A stretch of DNA of 64,000 bases from NCBI GenBank assembly GCA_019828565.1, contig JAHDYR010000053.1, forward strand, positions 904,272-968,271. Direction: 5' to 3'. The notes under the pieces were generated by a model. The model saw only the letters and a list, made by a program, of their open reading frames with translations, did no database searches and was not told the DNA's origin. This document shows, piece after piece, positions 11,058 through 23,320 of the stretch. The position numbers were made by a program, and so were the translations under genes. Source of the stretch: Carpediemonas membranifera BICM. Its lineage: Eukaryota > Protista > Fornicata. Each line of letters starts with the position of its first letter. Within the stretch, counting starts at the first letter, position 1.

Positions 11058-11763
11058 AGCGCCCCCGCGGTAAGGTAAATACAGCTACAAATGAGGGATG
11101 AACGAGGCAATGGATAGATGGAATGAAGATACTACAGCCCGGCTGTCTTGCAAGCAACACACAATCGGTCAGCTCCAACGTGTGGGCAACTTACCAGTGA
11201 TTTAGCGTACCAGCTGTCGCTCCCCGGCCTCAGGCACTGGAAGTAAGAGGCTGACCGGCAGTGTATCATTCTGTGAGATCGCTGGCGAGCTCGATTCTGC
11301 ATTGTCTAAATGGAAGTGACTCGTTGCTCCAGGGAGGGTGGTATGCTTGACCGTATCAGTTCAGTATCATATTATTAAGCTCTGCATGTGGCGATTGAGC
11401 ATTTCAGACGAACCTTGTCTGGTTATCCGCACTCTGACCCTGACCCGTGATTGCGCGTGTTGGGTGACCCGCCTGGTGTGATGACTAATGACAAGCAGGG
11501 TCGGGCGAGTGTGACAAAGTGGTATGGTTATGATGGGCGTGCAAAGTGCGATTGACGTGATACGATCGGGGCAACCCGTGCCGGGTCATTATCCATGACA
11601 CTTGTAGACAACAATCGGCAGCTTGATAGCGTCCATGAAGCTGTTCGTTCGCTTATCTGGCGGGTTTATCGCCGGCTGGGTCGACCGTTCCTGATGGAGT
11701 CCGCAACTCGTGACGATTTCCGAAATTCTCGGTCTAGGTCAGCCAACAATTCCCACAAGCACA

Positions 11764-13677
11764 ATGAATGAAGAAGATGCCGTACAGGCAGTTAAAGATG
11801 AGAAACGAAGCAAGTCCAGTCATTTATCGGAAGATGTTGCCGAAAAGCCCGTGAAACCATCCGCAACAGTTGGTCCGTCGCAAATGAAGCCGAAAAAGAG
11901 GCGACCACGCCCGGTGACCATCTGCCTCGATGCATGTAGATACGAGGTCCTTCGAAACATCTGCAAGGAGCGTAGGTGGCGCGTTGTTCCCGAGACAGAT
12001 GAGTTTTCAGTCTTTTGGTCAGACTTGTCTGTTGCCCCCGAGCGTCTGCTGCAGTTCAAGCCGTACCAGCGGGCCAACCACTTCGTAGGGATGACAGAGA
12101 TCTCCAGGAAGGACGGGCTTTCGAAGTCACTCAACCGTATTGCGAAGAAATGGCCCGAGGAGTACACATTTTACCCACAATCATGGACACTACCTATCGA
12201 CCTCAACGACTTCAGGAACACGCACAGGACCCTCGTACACAAGAGACGGCTCAAGCCCGTGTACATCTCGAAGCCCACGGCCGGATGCCAGGGCAACGGC
12301 ATCTTCCTGTTTAAGTCTGAGAACGACATTGACCCTAGCCAGCCCCAGGTGGTGCAGCGGTACATCGCAGACCCGCATCTCATCGACGGGTACAAGTACG
12401 ACCTCCGCATCTACCTCTTGGTCACGTCGGTCGAGCCTCTCCGCATGTTTATTTATAAGAAGGGCATGGCTCGATTCGCCACGGCGCCCTACGTCGAACC
12501 TAAGGATGATAACATCAAGAACAGCTTTATGCACCTTACAAACTACTCTCTGAACAAACGGAACAAGGAGGGCTTCGTCTCAAACCAGGATATGGACCAC
12601 GATGACGAAGGTAGTAAGCGCAGTCTCGAGTCTGTGTGGCGAGTTCTGAAGTCGGAAGGGGCGGATGTGGATCAGATTTGGGCACAGATCAAGGATATAT
12701 TCATCAAGACCGTCGTCGCGATACAGCCAACCCTCGCCCACATGTATAGGTCGAGTCTCCCCAACGACCGGTCGGGTCACGCGTGCTTTGAGCTGCTCGG
12801 CATGGACATCCTGCTCGACTCTACTCACACGCCCTGGCTCATTGAGGTGAATCACTCACCGTCGTTTAATATCGACTCCCCCTTGGATTCAGATTTGAAA
12901 CACTCGTTGATAAGAGACACGATCGAGTTACTTGGAGTCACTCCCGGTGATAAGGCCCGCTACATGGCTGAGGAACGTCGTCGTTTCCAAGAGAGAATGA
13001 TGCCTGGCTACTCCCACCGCGATGCCATGAGGCGAATGAACTCAGACGAAGAGAGGGCCCGCATTGAACGGTGGGAAGAGGATACACTCCCAAGAACCCA
13101 ATACGAGATGATCTTTCCCAACGAAAGAACTGAGTTCTACGAACAGATGATGGTCGAGAAGGGCTACTCGGTCATCCCGGCCGGGCGCCGGCTGGGGATC
13201 ACTCACAGGGTGCTGAAGGCGCCCACGGAGGGTGTGCTGGAGAGGACAACGCAGCAGCTCATCCAGGATGCCAGGGTCAGAGCAGAGAAGGAGTTGAGTC
13301 TAACTGAGAGGTTCGACCAGCTGTCCAAGACCAAGCACGTCCCAACGAGGCCAGTCGGGTTGAAGTTTGATAACACTACTGTCTTTAGAGCGGGTAAGAC
13401 GATGACTGCCCCAAAGAACTTCGTTGCAGTGGAGCAGTCGCGCAATCGACTCGTCGAGAGGTCCGGCATTCGATCATTCATCTCTAGAATGCAGGGCACT
13501 GAGAGTCCCCGAGTCGTCCGCACGGAGGGTCGCCCCAGGGCATTCCTACCGTACCTTGAGGCCAACAAGAGGATGTGTCGGCGTCGGACGGGAACAGCGG
13601 CGGGTCGACCCTTCTTTCATCGAAGTCTGACCCCATCGACTGGCCGCGGGTTAAGGACCCAGCCGGTGTTGAGCTGA
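11764..13677 (+). CDS. tubulin polyglutamylase, TTLL6/13-like
   Basis: NHFVGMTEISRKD, YISKPTAGCQGNGI, KYDLRIY, MHLTNYSLNK, CFELLGMDILLD, PWLIEVNHSPSF. Confidence 0.93.
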   Translation: MNEEDAVQAVKDEKRSKSSHLSEDVAEKPVKPSATVGPSQMKPKKRRPRPVTICLDACRYEVLRNICKERRWRVVPETDEFSVFWSDLSVAPERLLQFKPYQRANHFVGMTEISRKDGLSKSLNRIAKKWPEEYTFYPQSWTLPIDLNDFRNTHRTLVHKRRLKPVYISKPTAGCQGNGIFLFKSENDIDPSQPQVVQRYIADPHLIDGYKYDLRIYLLVTSVEPLRMFIYKKGMARFATAPYVEPKDDNIKNSFMHLTNYSLNKRNKEGFVSNQDMDHDDEGSKRSLESVWRVLKSEGADVDQIWAQIKDIFIKTVVAIQPTLAHMYRSSLPNDRSGHACFELLGMDILLDSTHTPWLIEVNHSPSFNIDSPLDSDLKHSLIRDTIELLGVTPGDKARYMAEERRRFQERMMPGYSHRDAMRRMNSDEERARIERWEEDTLPRTQYEMIFPNERTEFYEQMMVEKGYSVIPAGRRLGITHRVLKAPTEGVLERTTQQLIQDARVRAEKELSLTERFDQLSKTKHVPTRPVGLKFDNTTVFRAGKTMTAPKNFVAVEQSRNRLVERSGIRSFISRMQGTESPRVVRTEGRPRAFLPYLEANKRMCRRRTGTAAGRPFFHRSLTPSTGRGLRTQPVLS

Positions 13678-13747
13678 GGTCATATAGATTAAGACCATTA
13701 ACATTATATTACACTAAACCGCGGTGATCTTCAAGGTTTACAGTTGA

Positions 13748-14854
13748 TTAATCAACCCGATAGAGGGAGAACGACGAATAGTCAGCAGCAGCGTTGCAGT
13801 AAATAACACCACCGGAGTTATCCACAGCAGCACCAAGGATGTACGCAGACGCACCGTAGCCAATGTGATCGACAGACTTGACCGCCCATTGAGAGCCACT
13901 CTTGGTCAGCGTGACCTTAAGCATGCCGCTCGAGGCTCCCTCGTACATATATGAGCCAGCAAGCTCGATGGTGTTGTCGTCGATGATACGCGGGCTGAGC
14001 GCGGGGATTGAGTCGACAGACATGCCCGTAAACTGCGAGGCAGTCATGGCAAGCTTGGTCTGCTTCAGCTGGGTGCCGTCCCTCTCGAAGATGATCCACG
14101 AGGGGTAGATGCCCTCGCCCTGATCTTGGGCACTGTATACGATCTTCCCAAAGCCGCCGCTAGTTGAGGTTGACCTGTCGGCGGCGAAGTTAGCGGGGTA
14201 TGAAAGGCGCTGGGACGTCTTCCATGTGCCGCTCTGCTTGACAGCAACAGTGATAGTGCCATTAGTGTCGATTGTGATCATGTCCTGGTCGAGAATGTCG
14301 ACCGCAATTGGTGCGTTGGGGATCGGGACGTTGCCAGCGACACCGGTGACAAACTTGCCGCTGGAGCCACGGAGCATCTCGCTGACCTTACCAGCGCCTG
14401 AGACAAGGACGAACTGGTCAGCGTGGAAAGCACCCAAAGCATCGTCCGTGACATCATCCATTGGTATGCGCTGGTTTTCGATGAGCTTGTTGCTGGAGTC
14501 GCGGGCATAGTCGATGGCGACGGGGTGCTCGTTGTCGATATCAGATGACATGGCAATGAGGTTCTTGCTGGAGATGGCGATTGCCATGGTGCTAGTGGTG
14601 GAGGACCCGAGTGTCTGGCTGAGTGCCCAGTTGTTGCCGGTGTTAGTGTAGATATCAAGCTTAATGGGATAAGGTTCTTCGCTAAACCAGTTGCCAACAC
14701 AGATGGGGATCATGGCATCGTCACCGTTCATCAGGATGGGAAGGTAGTAGCCGTCAGGAGAGGCCATGGACGTAGTACCAACCTTTGTAGGAACAAGGCT
14801 GCAGGTTGCACAAGCGAAAAGTATCGCAAGGACAAATACAACTGACTTTTGCAT
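13748..14854 (-). CDS. secreted or surface beta-rich hypothetical protein
   Basis: 368-aa ORF with signal peptide MQKSVVFVLAILFACATC; repeated short beta-strand segments, possibly a propeller. Confidence 0.7.
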   Translation of the reverse strand: MQKSVVFVLAILFACATCSLVPTKVGTTSMASPDGYYLPILMNGDDAMIPICVGNWFSEEPYPIKLDIYTNTGNNWALSQTLGSSTTSTMAIAISSKNLIAMSSDIDNEHPVAIDYARDSSNKLIENQRIPMDDVTDDALGAFHADQFVLVSGAGKVSEMLRGSSGKFVTGVAGNVPIPNAPIAVDILDQDMITIDTNGTITVAVKQSGTWKTSQRLSYPANFAADRSTSTSGGFGKIVYSAQDQGEGIYPSWIIFERDGTQLKQTKLAMTASQFTGMSVDSIPALSPRIIDDNTIELAGSYMYEGASSGMLKVTLTKSGSQWAVKSVDHIGYGASAYILGAAVDNSGGVIYCNAAADYSSFSLYRVD

Positions 14855-15356
14855 GTTTGCGGTTTTGTGTCGTCTTCGAGATTCTGGATGCGTATCTCCA
14901 AATCGGTCGACAGGCGTGTTTTCGCCGCTGTCGCGTGATATGCTCCAGACGGTTCAGAGACCGATAATCTACTTCCTTAGTTGCCTCATGGCGCGGAATG
15001 ATGATCTCATTCGAGAATCTGGTGAGAGAATCTAGGGCAGCACTGGTGGAACAGGCCTCTGCATGAAAAAATGTCCGGGCCATAATATATAACCTATCTC
15101 TCGGGCCATGACAACAATGGGATCGTCATGATGTCAGTGGCGCATGCTCTATTCAATCCTGGCACCGGATCAACTGAGCACGATTGCCGAAGCCAGCCAG
15201 TTCCCATGGTGATATCAATGTCGAACGGAAGGAGGCCACTCGATGACCCTTCTATCCTCCCACAGTTTTGTCCGGCATATCCATTTACGTAAAAGACGGA
15301 TTTATCGTCTGTCGCCGTAATTCCATTTGGCTCACAACGACAAAAGCTTGAAAGCG

Positions 15357-18300
15357 ATGCTTACAAAGCTCGAAACGCGCTCATCGCGCGTTAAGGGCGT
15401 TGATTTTCATCCTAAGCGCCCCTTTGTGATCGTAAGCCTTCACAATGGACTCATCCAAGTTTGTTTCCAAAAACTTGACATTTCTCACACAGATCTGGGA
15501 TACCACCGTCGGCACGCTCGTTGATACCTTCAATGAGCACAACGGTCCTGTTCGCGGCATCCACTTCCACCCGAGCCAGTCTCTCTTCGTCTCTGGCGGC
15601 GATGATTCCAAGATCAAGGTTTGGGACTACAAGAAGAAGCGTTGCCTCTACACGCTTGTCGGCCACACTGACTACATCCGCACCACCTTCTTCCACCCGG
15701 AGATGCCCTGGATCGTCTCTGCCTCTGACGATCAGACCGTCCGCATTTGGAACTGGCAATCGCGCGAGCTCATCGCCGATCTCGTCGGCCACAACCACTG
15801 GGTCATGTGTGCTGCCTTTCACCCCAGCGACATGTACGTCGCCAGCGCCTCACTCGACATGACTGTGCGCGTGTGGAACATTTCCCAGCTTAGGAAGCGC
15901 CAGAGCCAGAACGCCATCCAGTCGATCGCCATGCAGGTCCTCACCCTCCCCATGACCATCATTGCTTCCTCTGTGATCGGCTACGGCCACGGTAAGGGCC
16001 TCAACTGGGTCTCCTGGCACCCTGACGAACCCCGCACGCTCATCACCACCTCCGACGACCAGTCTGTCCGCATCTGGCGCCACTCCACGGTCAAGGATGG
16101 CATGCTTTTCCCCGTAGCCACCCTCTTCGGCCATTCACACAACGTCACGTGTGCCCGCTACGTCAACAAGGCGATGATCATCTCCACTGGCGAGGACGGC
16201 TCTGTCCGTTTCTACGACGCCAAGAAGAAGACCGTCATCGACGAGAGGAAGATGGACTCTCGGGTGTGGGTCGCTGCCTGCCACCCCTCCCGCAACCTCA
16301 TCGCCATCGGCCACGACTCCGGCCTGACAGTCATGGCAACCAACAGAGAGCGCCCCGCCTTCTGTGTGTCTACGGACGGCGAGACCGTCTTCTACGTCCA
16401 GCACCAGAAGTTCATCTCTCGTTCCCTCACCACCGATGCCGACCAGCTCTACAGAGGCGACTTCAAGCCCCAGTTCGCTCCCAAGGGCATGTTCGGGGCT
16501 GGTAAGGTCAGGATGTATCCCTCCCTGCTCCAGATCACCGAGAAGCCCGGCTCCGACACGCCGTTTCCTCTCATCCTGAACTACACTGGCCCCTCGGGCA
16601 GCCTCTTTGACGTCCTCCACGACGACACCAAGGCCATCTACCAAATGACCGCGGCGTCCTCGGCCATCCTCATCTCCGGTTCGAGCGGTGCCCCTGAGCA
16701 TCTCGCCGTCCTCGAGGAGGGCAACACCCAGCGTCTCCGCCTCTACCGCTACGGAAGCACTGGCCTGCAGCCCGAGCGGGGTGACGTCATCAAACTTGAG
16801 AGCTCAGGCCGCAAACTCTGCCCCGCTGGCCCTGGCGAGGTTGTCGTCATCTACGACGATTCTGTAGAGCTGATCGACTGCAAGGCCTCTGAGCACCGTC
16901 GCGCCATCGCCATCAGCGGCGCCAGACGCCTTACATGGACACCCGACTTCGAGTACGCCGCCATCCAGACGAAGAACTCGATCACTGTCGTTGACCGCCG
17001 TTTCAGCGCTGTCTGCTCCATGCGGGACCACATCCGCATCAAGGGCGCCACGTGGTCATGTCCCGTCGGCAACTCCAACACTTGCACGACCCCCAGCCGG
17101 CAGCGTGTCGTCATCTTCGCCACCCTCACCCACGTGAAGTATCTCCTCCTCGACGGCGAGGTCGGTGTCCTTACATCGATCAACAGACCCGTCTACCCAG
17201 TTGCCATGGTCGGCAGTAAGTTCTGGTACATCGACCGGCACCACCACCTTCACGCCCTTGCACTGGACACCACCATCATGGCCTTCCAGTTCGCTGTGCT
17301 CGAAGAGAGAGACGCCGACATCAGAACGTTCGCCAGGAAGTGCCTGGCCGTCGAGACCGGTACTGCGATCGTCTCTTATCTCTACCGCAAGGGTAGAGCT
17401 GACATCGCACTCGCCTTTGCTCGAACTGCCCGCATTAAGTTCCCACTTGCCATCGAGTGCAAGGATCTCGCCACCGCCAGCAGCGTTGCCGACCATCTTG
17501 CCTCCCCCAAGGCATTCAGCGAGCTCGCTCAGCTTGCCATGTCCATGGGTTCCCCTGCTATCGCCGCCGAGGGCCTCGACAAAGGCGGCCGCTCGTCCGT
17601 CTTCATCCGCACCGTGGCCGGCGCTCCACCCGCCACTGTCGATCCTGCCGACCCGATTGGCAGCATCGTAGCCAAGCAGGGCGACATCACGGACCTGCTC
17701 AAAGCCTCGGGACTCCACGCCCTCGCCGCTGCCGCTGCCTTTAGACGCGGCCAGACGCCCGAGACATCCCATGTCCCAGCTGTCCGCATCGCCAAGATCC
17801 GCGAGTTTACCGCTAACTTTGACGGCCGTTCGACCCTGACGCCTCTGGAGCCTGTCATCGACCCCGAGGCCGCCATGCAGGACCTCCCCAGCGTCGTACA
17901 CCCAGTTCCATTCCTCAGCACCCTCGACACAGCCGCTTCCGAGGACACTGGCCTAGCTGGCGACTGGGAGGACGACCTCGAGCTGTCCGACGACGACGAA
18001 GAAGAGACCCCCGCTGTCTCGAAGCCCGCCCCCGCCAAGGCCAAGGTCGCCGCCACCCCCAATGCCGGTGGCTGGGACGATGACGACCTCGACCTCTCTG
18101 ACGAGGATGAGGACGAGTTCGTTGAGGGCCCGTCTGGTGGTGCCCCTTGCCCCCTGCCCGCCGAGCATCCATTCATGGGCCGTGCCATCGATGCCACCCC
18201 CGTCGAGCTCTTCGCGATGGGAAAGGCCGACGCCGCCCTTGCCCGCCTCGCCGCCTCCCCCGTACAGGCCCATGTGTCGAACAAGGAGGTCCGCGAGGTC

Positions 18301-19095
18301 ATCCGCATGGCCGCCGTGTCTAGCACGGTCTTCATCTCGGGTGCCCCGATCCCGCTGGCGGACCCCGACACCCTGCCCCTCAACTCGGCCACCGCAGCAC
18401 CCCGTGTCCCATTCACTGACGCTGGTCTCGCCAACCAGCTCGAGTCAGCTCACCAGGACGTCTGTAACATCGGCAACAACGTCTCTGTCGAGCAGGGTGT
18501 GGCCCAGCTTGATGCCGCCATCGCCCGCCTCCGCACCGTGATCGTCGCCCACGCCGTCATCCACCCGATGGAGAAGGTTGCCGAGGACAGCGTGCCCGCC
18601 AAGGCCCGTAATCTCATCCACTTCTGCATCCTCGACCGCGAGCGCCGCTCTGCTACCGACCCGATGGATCAGCTCCGCGCCCTCTCCTACGAGGCCTTCT
18701 TTGTCAGCCGCCAGATGAAGGATTGGTCGCCTCTCACCACACCAATCGTTAAGCTGGCCAGGAATGACCACTTCAAGGCCTGCAAGACGGCTGAGCTGTG
18801 GCCGTACGTGCAGTACTTCTCTCAGGCCCTCGTGAGTCACAATCTGTCCGTCGCTGACAAGACTCAGAACGACAAGGTCCGTGCCAAGGCCGGTAAGAAG
18901 CTTAGCGAGCCCGGAACTGTCCAGACGTACGCTGACGAGCGCTTTGGCATCATCAGCCAGAACAACGGGTTCTTCAACGCTGCCGAGCCGCTCGAGCCGC
19001 TGACGCTGCAGGACGACAAGGAGCTCTGCCCTATATGCGGCACGGCCCATGCTGCCGGATTCCACGGGGAGTGTGTCTGCGGCATTGATGTGTAA
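15357..19095 (+). CDS. COPA: coatomer subunit alpha (exons 15357-15458, 15493-19095)
   Basis: [22 protein letters not shown]; 34-nt intron 15459-15492; WD40 repeats ([32 protein letters not shown]); acidic WDDDDLDL linker. Confidence 0.97.
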
Positions 19096-19309
19096 GTGAG
19101 TAAAGACAGTTTGATATGAATGACGGGACGTCAACAGTGGGGTCTGTCGGCTGAGGGCCGGGCAGTTGCAGGAGACCGAACTCGGGTCAGCCAAAACTGT
19201 GTTCATTACAACGTTTCTGACGACTTATCATCATGAGCGCTTCCGCCGCGGCTTAGAATTCAGTCAATTCAGTCGCTGGTGAGCTCTGGATGCTAGGGGG
19301 ACGTGGTGG

Positions 19310-19762
19310 ATGGGCGTCATTGAAGAAGACGATCTCCCAACCGACTTAAGAAGAGAGGAGGTTGGGTACAGGGCAGTATTACGCAGCATTTCTGCCTGGA
19401 CTGACCCTCCGGCAGTCGAGCACTTTCATCTTTATAACCATCACTCTGACCCTTGGTCTCGTCTCGATGAATCAGCCTCGCCAAAGTCGAGCCAATCAGC
19501 AGCGCACCGGGGTCCGATACTCACGTCTCACACCTGCCTCTCACACACTCGCACTCCATCTCGCCACTGGACACCGCGCCCGGCAATCTCTTCAAGTCGA
19601 GGGGGGTTTGAAGGAGGGGTCAGTCGCCCTCTTGGAGGCGTTGTAGACCCGGCAGTTACCCTCAGCGAGTGCAACGGCGATGTCGAATTTGAGCCGGTGG
19701 ATGTCCCAGCGACTCGGCGACTGTGGCAGATAGCGAGACGAGGAGTAGTGTTGCGCAGTTAA
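19310..19762 (+). CDS. hypothetical protein (uncertain)
   Basis: 150-aa ATG ORF filling the gap; no recognisable motif. Confidence 0.35.
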   Translation: MGVIEEDDLPTDLRREEVGYRAVLRSISAWTDPPAVEHFHLYNHHSDPWSRLDESASPKSSQSAAHRGPILTSHTCLSHTRTPSRHWTPRPAISSSRGGFEGGVSRPLGGVVDPAVTLSECNGDVEFEPVDVPATRRLWQIARRGVVLRS

Positions 19763-19823
19763 ACACATTGTTCGACCCTTCATAAGCACAAGCAGTCGAG
19801 CACTAAAGTGCTCGTTGGCAATC

Positions 19824-20153
19824 ATGGGAAAACGTCAGCGTGAGAAGCAAGCGAAGGCAAGAGCGCAAAACATGCTCTTGAAGCCAAGAGAAAAACGCAC
19901 AGCGAGCAAGAAGCCCGGATCTTCCTCCGGCCAGGTTGTTGAAATCAATGAAGCTTTGTGGCGCCCTGCAAGGATCTCTGCCACTGCCGACGTGTTTAAG
20001 GACTGCAATAAGATGGGTCTTGCCTCTTTCGAGGTGTTTAATCCCAACGGAGAGCCCGAGGACGTTGAAATGGACCTTGAGCAGTACACCTTCATGGACG
20101 GCGAGGAGTTCGAGGTCTCCGAGGGTGAAGATGAGGCCCAGGACAACAAGTAA
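19824..20153 (+). CDS. small protein with basic N-terminus and acidic C-terminus (hypothetical, possibly nucleolar)
   Basis: MGKRQREKQAK...EGEDEAQDNK; codon usage like neighbouring genes. Confidence 0.65.
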   Translation: MGKRQREKQAKARAQNMLLKPREKRTASKKPGSSSGQVVEINEALWRPARISATADVFKDCNKMGLASFEVFNPNGEPEDVEMDLEQYTFMDGEEFEVSEGEDEAQDNK

Positions 20154-20346
20154 GCGTGCTGTATAGTCATGGGGCTCAATATATTACCTTAATTTGCATA
20201 AACCGACGCTTGCAGTCATTCGTTCGTTCCCACGGGGAAGCTGCTCTCCATTCCAGCGATGATAGCTACAATACCAGCCATTCACCATCAGCAGTACACC
20301 ATCAACACACTGCATGCCCGATAATAGCTTTTTTGTCGTTTTTTAT

Positions 20347-23103
20347 TCACACAGCCCCCGCCAGCAGCGCCAACGCTGCCCCGACTGATCCGTCCAGTGC
20401 CCTCTCACGGATCTCACCTGGGTCCGCCCCACCAGACAAGTGGGACGCCGCGGACGCAGGGTCACATGCCAACAAGGACAAGAGAGCAAGGTACCTTTCG
20501 CCGTCCGGCAGAGTCGCGAGGAAGTTCTTGAGGTGCGGCCTGTATTGAGTGGGTTGTAGCAAGAGTCTGCCAGTCTGTCCGTGCTCATAATAGACTCGGT
20601 AGAGCTCATCAAGGAAGGCTCTAAAGTCCTCAGGGTCGAGCTGGGCGATCATCTGCTCGATCTCGGGGGGGTTGGCAACAGCCTCTTCGTTGGCCACTAG
20701 AACGGGGCCGACGTCAAGCACGGGAAGGCCCTCGAGACCCTGTCTGGCACAATGTGTGAACATGATCAGTGTCACGAGATGGCGCCACTCCTTGGCATCC
20801 AGTGCGAGCTTGAGGACGTCGGGTGACCCGACAGCAACCCTGGAGAAAAGCTCGATGAGCCCAAACCTGCGCAGCGAGTACTTCTCCTCAGAGATCACGC
20901 CGCAGACCTCGGACAGGTGCCGACCCACGCCAAGGATGAGGCCAACGATAGACTCGAGGCTGACTGAGCACGCGGCAGGGAACCCGTCGATCTCTGGGGC
21001 GACCCGCTCAAGCACTGTCAGCGCCCTGTCACAGACAACGCACACCGAGTCGAACAGTGTCGCGTCATAAACCCAGGAACCACGGCTGGTGCGTGGTGAC
21101 CACGTTGGTGAGAGAAGGAGGGCCGCTAACCCCGCCTCGTCGAAGGGCTTGGTTGCACCGATAACGAGTGCATCAATTGCAGCGAGATATGATGAAAGAG
21201 ATTCGTAATCTACAGAATCTGGATCCGTTGATTCAATCAACGCCTCTGTGGCATCGCACAGGACGGCAAGGGCCTTGGGAATCGTCGAGGGCGACATGCA
21301 GAGTGCGTCTATCGTCCCAAAGAACTGCTGCGATGGCCGCAGCGTCGTCTGCTCCAGGGCCCTCAGCACGACCGTGGGGTTGGGCGTGTCAGCGAGGGCG
21401 TCGAGCAGAGCAGAGCATGACAAGACGTGCGCCAGCCTCTCCGCAATGGCTTGGACGACGGCGGCAGGCAGGGAATCGAACACGAAGCTGCAACACTCGT
21501 CTCGCAGCATTGCGATGAGACCAATAGCTGTGTCGCGTCTTGGGTGGAGCCAGGAGGCGGTCACCATATGTGCGGTCGCCGGGTCAGTTTGACTGTGCGC
21601 GGACTCAGCCCATCTTGGATCAGAGGTTGGCTCAGATGTGTGATTGCGGTCGAGCAGCCCGACTAGAACACGACCAAATGACTCAAAATCAACTGTACCT
21701 TGCCTGGTGTAGTTCTGAAGGATAGCATCTATGGTGGAGGAGACGAAGCCGGTATCTCCCCTGCTAAACGCGCTAATCATGTGGTTAAGCTGCACCGTCA
21801 TGCCCTCGTCCGTCGTGGCAATGGCTGCGGCGACAGGGGCGCCTGCCGTGAGTCTGCGTGCCATGAGGTCCGCCTGCACTGCGTAGTAAATGCTATCCGG
21901 GCCCACGATGAAGACCGCAGTAGTCGGAATCGGCCTGAGAGCACTCCCAGTCGCCAGCATCACCCTGCTCGCAACCGCGCCAGACCCTAGCACGGCCAGG
22001 GGGACGCTGGTCCTGGGTCTGGTGTCGACGGGGAACTCAAGCGGCCCAACAGAGCCGGGCGTCACGACGAACAGCTCATGGTGCATGTTGGGGGCGACCA
22101 CCCGCACCTTGGAGGTGTTGGGGGCCGCAAGGTCAAGGGCATTTGTGATTTCACCTTCCACCAGCTCTGCAGCGACGAGTGTGTGTCGTCCCGAGAGTGT
22201 GATGCGGGCATAGAGCATCAGACCGGCCCTGGTGGGACCCATACCGGCCAGCCTGGCGGACTTGCCTCTGTGTCCTTGCATGCAGGCGGCGATGGCATCC
22301 AGGGGGTCCAGTGCGGACGTCAGCTGGGCGATCGGCCCCTTACCCTTGGAACTGAGCTTGAACTCGAGCAGCATGGTCGGCGTGAGCAGTGTCAGTCTGT
22401 CTCCCGCCTGACTGACGGCTGCAGAGAGAATGGGCCCGACCCGCTCACCAGATTCAAGCTCCTCTGCGGTAGCGGGGCCGGTGGTGTCCGCGGTGATCCA
22501 TGTCTTGAGCCTGGCGTACATCTGGCCGATAGACGGCTTGTATACGAAGACTAGGCGGTGGTAGCTCGGGCGGTGGGCGTCGTTGCCGTAGAGATGGCCG
22601 CTGGAAGAGCCGACAAGGACGGTGCTGTCGTGAACGACGAGGGTGGTGGCCGTGGCATCCTTCTCCAGTGGAATAGGAGTGGCTGAGGCGGGCTGGACGG
22701 CCTGTGGCGGCCGGGTGTTGCTGAATGTGTACTTGAGTGCTGTGCCAGACTTAGAAATGACGTGAGCGACGATATGGCCGGATGCATCGGGGATTTGCAC
22801 GTCTATAAGATCAATATTGGTCTCGAAAACCTGGAAATCTGACCGTGTGAGGTCTACAGCGAAGTGGCTCGGGGAAACAAGCGAAATGAGCCGAACGAAG
22901 TCCTTATAGATGTAGCAGACAAAGCCTGAAGCAACAACAGTGGCTGCAAGTGGCTCTGGATCGCCATTGCGCCTCTGAACAGGCAGGAAGCTCTTCACCT
23001 CCATTCTTTCGTTCGACTCGGCCAGTCGCCCCCGCCCAGACAGAGTCAGTACAGGCGCAGATGCCGAATGCTTGGCAAGAGGTCGAGCCTGACGTTGTGA
23101 CAT
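20347..23103 (-). CDS. NUP133: nucleoporin Nup133
   Basis: Signature PTSDPRWAES; C-terminal FLDELYRVYYEHGQTGRLLLQP...LKNFL; beta-rich N-half and helical C-half. Confidence 0.8.
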   Translation of the reverse strand: MSQRQARPLAKHSASAPVLTLSGRGRLAESNERMEVKSFLPVQRRNGDPEPLAATVVASGFVCYIYKDFVRLISLVSPSHFAVDLTRSDFQVFETNIDLIDVQIPDASGHIVAHVISKSGTALKYTFSNTRPPQAVQPASATPIPLEKDATATTLVVHDSTVLVGSSSGHLYGNDAHRPSYHRLVFVYKPSIGQMYARLKTWITADTTGPATAEELESGERVGPILSAAVSQAGDRLTLLTPTMLLEFKLSSKGKGPIAQLTSALDPLDAIAACMQGHRGKSARLAGMGPTRAGLMLYARITLSGRHTLVAAELVEGEITNALDLAAPNTSKVRVVAPNMHHELFVVTPGSVGPLEFPVDTRPRTSVPLAVLGSGAVASRVMLATGSALRPIPTTAVFIVGPDSIYYAVQADLMARRLTAGAPVAAAIATTDEGMTVQLNHMISAFSRGDTGFVSSTIDAILQNYTRQGTVDFESFGRVLVGLLDRNHTSEPTSDPRWAESAHSQTDPATAHMVTASWLHPRRDTAIGLIAMLRDECCSFVFDSLPAAVVQAIAERLAHVLSCSALLDALADTPNPTVVLRALEQTTLRPSQQFFGTIDALCMSPSTIPKALAVLCDATEALIESTDPDSVDYESLSSYLAAIDALVIGATKPFDEAGLAALLLSPTWSPRTSRGSWVYDATLFDSVCVVCDRALTVLERVAPEIDGFPAACSVSLESIVGLILGVGRHLSEVCGVISEEKYSLRRFGLIELFSRVAVGSPDVLKLALDAKEWRHLVTLIMFTHCARQGLEGLPVLDVGPVLVANEEAVANPPEIEQMIAQLDPEDFRAFLDELYRVYYEHGQTGRLLLQPTQYRPHLKNFLATLPDGERYLALLSLLACDPASAASHLSGGADPGEIRERALDGSVGAALALLAGAV

Positions 23104-23320
23104 CGAGTTTCCGCCGAAAGAGCTGCTCGACAGATCCGAATATGAATTTGTCGTGATGACGTTACTGCCTCACTCTCAACGAACAGACCGCTCCTGGGCA
23201 GATGAAAGAGGAGCTATGACTGATAAGAGCGCGTTGTCACCAACCAGCCAGACCGAAAAATCGCAGGATAGTCCCCAAAACAACAGAAGTTGACTTCGTA
23301 ACCACTCCAAAGCAAACCAC

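Noticed and set aside
11188-11200. acttacc, U1 snRNA 5'-end-like
   Set aside because: No convincing U1-70K loop, U1A loop or Sm site at the expected spacing
11691-11730. ctgatgg...gaaa, hammerhead-like words
   Set aside because: The core is not CUGANGA and stems I-III cannot be formed
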